From an uncultured delta proteobacterium (GTDB lineage Bacteria > Myxococcota_A > Polyangia > Fen-1088): a DNA stretch of 64,000 bases. Below the pieces are notes generated by a model. That model saw nothing but the letters and a program-made list of their open reading frames with translations, was not told the DNA's origin and searched no databases. Of the stretch, positions 61,181-64,000 are shown piece by piece. Within the stretch, counting starts at the first letter, position 1. Every line of letters starts with the position of its first letter. A program made the position numbers and the translations under genes. The stretch covers positions 32,001 to 96,000 of the forward strand of contig CAWCMR010000010.1 in assembly GCA_963796685.1 (NCBI GenBank). The letters are read 5' to 3'.

Positions 61181-64000
61181 GGTCGAGGCCCACCTGCGGA
61201 CGCGCCTGTACCACGAAGAAGCAGCCCTGGGCATAGGCGCCCTCGATGTCTTGCGGGCCTCCGAGGGCATCTTCCACCGCCCGGCCGAGCTCGGCCACTT
61301 TATCGAGGAGGCGGCGGCGTTCGTCTTCGTTCCACAGCAGATCGACCGCGGCGTAGTCCAGGGGGACGGCTCGCGGCTGCGGCACGACGATGCTGTCATA
61401 GAGCCCGGCGCCGGCAAAACCCGCGAGATCTTCTCCGCTCGAGTCCGAGCGGAAGATCACGCCACCCCCGTAGAGGCCCAGACTCTTGCTCGGGAAGGAG
61501 ATGATGCGTCCCGCCCGATCCCCGGGACGGCGCGCGAAACCCAGCGCGTGGCCGGGGTGATTCCCCACCAGGGTCTCTCCCAGGCCGAGCACGATCTCCG
61601 CGACGAGATCGTCGCGGTCGCCGGAGAGCGGGTTCGTGGTGTGGATGACGAACGCGTAGTCCGCGGCCACCACCTCCTGGATCAGGACCGCCATGAGCAA
61701 GCTGGCATCGGGGATACCCAGGGCCCGCCGGCTGAAGTACGCGCGTTCGTTCCACTTCGAGGCCCACACCCGCGTGATGGCCGACCAGGCATCGGGGAAA
61801 GACGTTGTCCATGGAATGCGCGCCTTAGCGGTTGCCGAGCGCAGGGTCGCCTCCAAACCGCTTGGCGGCACGAGCCCAACCAACAGGTCGCGCAGGGCCG
61901 CCAGGGTCGCCGGTATGTCGCTCGCGGGTTCCTGGACCAGGTGGTCGGTCAGCTCCTGATGCCGATTCGCCCCGGTCCGATTGAGGGCGTCTTCGAGCAC
62001 GCGTTCGCAGGCACCATAGGGAAGCGCGATGGCCGTCGGCACGTGGATCCAGTCGGGCAACCGATCGCGCAGCTGTTTCAAGTTGCGCGACTTGGCGCCG
62101 ACATTGGACTTCTCGAAGGCAACTTCGGGGATGGCGTATTCCCCCGACCTCGTCGGACTTACCCGCGACGGCCGCGCCGCCTTGGCCGTGGCTTGCACGG
62201 CGGGTGGCGCCACGGACGCGATCTGCTCGATTGCCAGCTCGCCGTCGGACCGCACCGTGAGTCTGAGCCCTTGGCCCTGGCGAGCGCGCAGGCTGGCCAA
62301 GCCATCCGCATCCCAGCAGGTCGCCAACAGAACACCCGCGTTGCGGGCACGCACCGCCACGTGGGACATGAGGTCCACCGTCGATTCCGTCACCACGGCC
62401 GTCACGCCCTGGGGAATCTCTTCCTCGCCGGAAATGCGAGCCGCCACGATGATGGTGCCGGTCTCGAAGGAGCGTCCTTGTGCCTCGGCCAGGGTCGGGG
62501 TGTTGTGCACGACACCTTCCACGCGTCCGGGTCCACGGCTCGCCACCTGCCAATGGCCGAGGCCGGCGATCGCCCGCAGCGTCTCGTCCAGCTTCCGCCC
62601 CAAGGTGGACACCACGAGCTCGATCCTGCCGCGCAACACCTCCTCGGAGAACAGCTGCACCGTCCACGACTCGACGGCGAAGGCCTGCCCCAGGTACTCC
62701 GCCAGGGGCTGGAGCAGGCGACCGTCGCCATCGGTGATGGCCACGAGCTCGCGGCGAATGCGCTCGAGCACGGCCTGTGCATGCAGGGCAAATTCCTGGC
62801 CCGAGTGAGGAAGCTGCGCCAGCCGGTACAGGTGGCGCAAGGCCAGCGCCAGCTCGTCGCTCCTGCGCGTGCAGGCGAGGTTGCGCAGCGCCAACTCGGT
62901 CCACGCCAAGCTCATCGGCCGATAGGCGTTCGTGCAGATTGCGTTCGACCAGGTTGCGTAGAAAGTCCTCCAAGCCGAGGTCGAGGTAGAAAAGGTCGCG
63001 CAATCCCGCGTGGCCCGGGCGAAGCTTTTCGGCCAAGCTTTCTCGCGCACGCGTGACCGATTCCAGCAGCCACCCGCGCGCCTGCGCGTCGTCGCGGCGG
63101 TGCCAGACGGTGTCCAGGAGGTGGCGGGTCGGTTCGTCCAGGAACCCGCGCGCCAAGCTCAACGCCGTGCCGAAATCCGTGGCCGAGTGGACGGCGCGCA
63201 ACACGCCGAGGAAGTCGCCGAAGTCGTGCAGCAAGGCATCGCGCAGATGGGGAATGAAGTCGGGGTGACTGCGAATCGGGCGTTCGTAGCCTTGCAAGCG
63301 CTTGCGGCTCACGCCGCCCGACTCGAGCGCCTTATAGAAGGCCGCCTGATCGCCGTGTCGGCGCAGAAACTCAAGGTAGGCCTGGCAGATCACGACGTCG
63401 TCCGGGGTGGTGTTGTTGTGCAGCTTCTGGTGCCACTCTTCGAGAAAATGTCCCGCCACCTCCTTGACGTGGTTCCGGTGCATGATCTCAAGAATGCCGT
63501 CACGCACCCGCTGCCCCTCGCCGCCCCGGCCAAGGGTACCGGCGATCATCCGTAGCAGCGGGCGCCCGCGCTCGCTGTGGGCCGCGTGCTCGGCCAGCTT
63601 GATGGTCAGTCGATCCTGCGCGTGCGCCAGCTCGCGCGGCTTGGTGTTGAAGTTGCGCTGCCAGTCGAGCTGGCGAATGGCCGAGAAGCGCAACCACACG
63701 AACAACAAGGCCAGCCCCGGGACGTTGTCGGGCGCGATGCGATCCAGGAGATCCCAGGCGAGGTTGAATCGGTGCATGAGCGTCCACGAGTGGTTCCCGG
63801 TTTCGGCCTCGACGATCTCGTCGGCGATATCCGCCAGGGCGGCATCCTCGATCGGCCCGCCCGCCGCTTTGGTGTCGAGGGGGACGAAGAAGTTCCGCCC
63901 GCGATCGTTCCACCACCGTTGCCCGTCGGATTGGCAAAGCACGAAGCACAGCCCTCGCGGCAGCTCGCCCGGACCGGTGGCAAGGTGCAAGGTGCGCAGC
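61173..64000 (-). CDS. Alpha-glucan water dikinase-like protein (5' end beyond window; frameshift at about 62907)
   Basis: MHRFN, WLRFSAIRQLDWQRNFNTKPRELAHAQDRLT, EEWHQKLHNNTTPDDVVIC, phospho-His DLMSHVAVRARN, VGAKSRNL, VWASKWNERA, FRSDSSGEDLAGFAGAGLYDS. Confidence 0.9.

Noticed and set aside
62890-62920. Programmed ribosomal frameshift in the GWD-like gene
   Set aside because: No slippery heptamer; similar single indels elsewhere in the window point to assembly error.

Overview
High-GC bacterial chromosomal segment. A Myxococcota (Polyangia-like) source is inferred from the rpoZ type, a Ser/Thr kinase, an FHA-sigma54 activator and many Gly-linker lipoproteins. Contents from left to right: (1) surface-polysaccharide genes; (2) a DtxR-controlled metal-uptake locus with dtxR-feoA, feoB, a Cys-rich peptide, a Mu Com-like Zn finger, a porin, an FMN-binding protein, ApbE and an MnoP-like porin, followed by a phosphoesterase, a multicopper oxidase and an OprB porin; (3) a kdpFABC cassette with a sigma54 promoter, bounded by a 44-bp direct repeat of the porin 3' end; (4) lipoproteins, an HDOD protein and trxC; (5) a small candidate defence island (HTH-ImmA/IrrE plus PIN; ABC ATPase plus nuclease-like protein) bounded by a decayed copy of flxA; (6) a complete hdrCBA-flxDCBA cluster; (7) rpoZ, panD, a kinase, MIF, three GT-C-type membrane proteins and an FHA-sigma54 circuit; (8) at the right edge, an operon headed by a bacterial protein with the hallmark motifs of plant alpha-glucan water dikinase (GWD/SEX1), followed by a TIM-barrel protein and a GH13 enzyme. 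The GWD-like operon is the strongest novelty candidate. Five frameshifts in otherwise intact genes probably reflect assembly indels. No rRNA, tRNA, CRISPR array, integrase or transposase was seen. All protein calls are by motif recognition only; no database searches were run.
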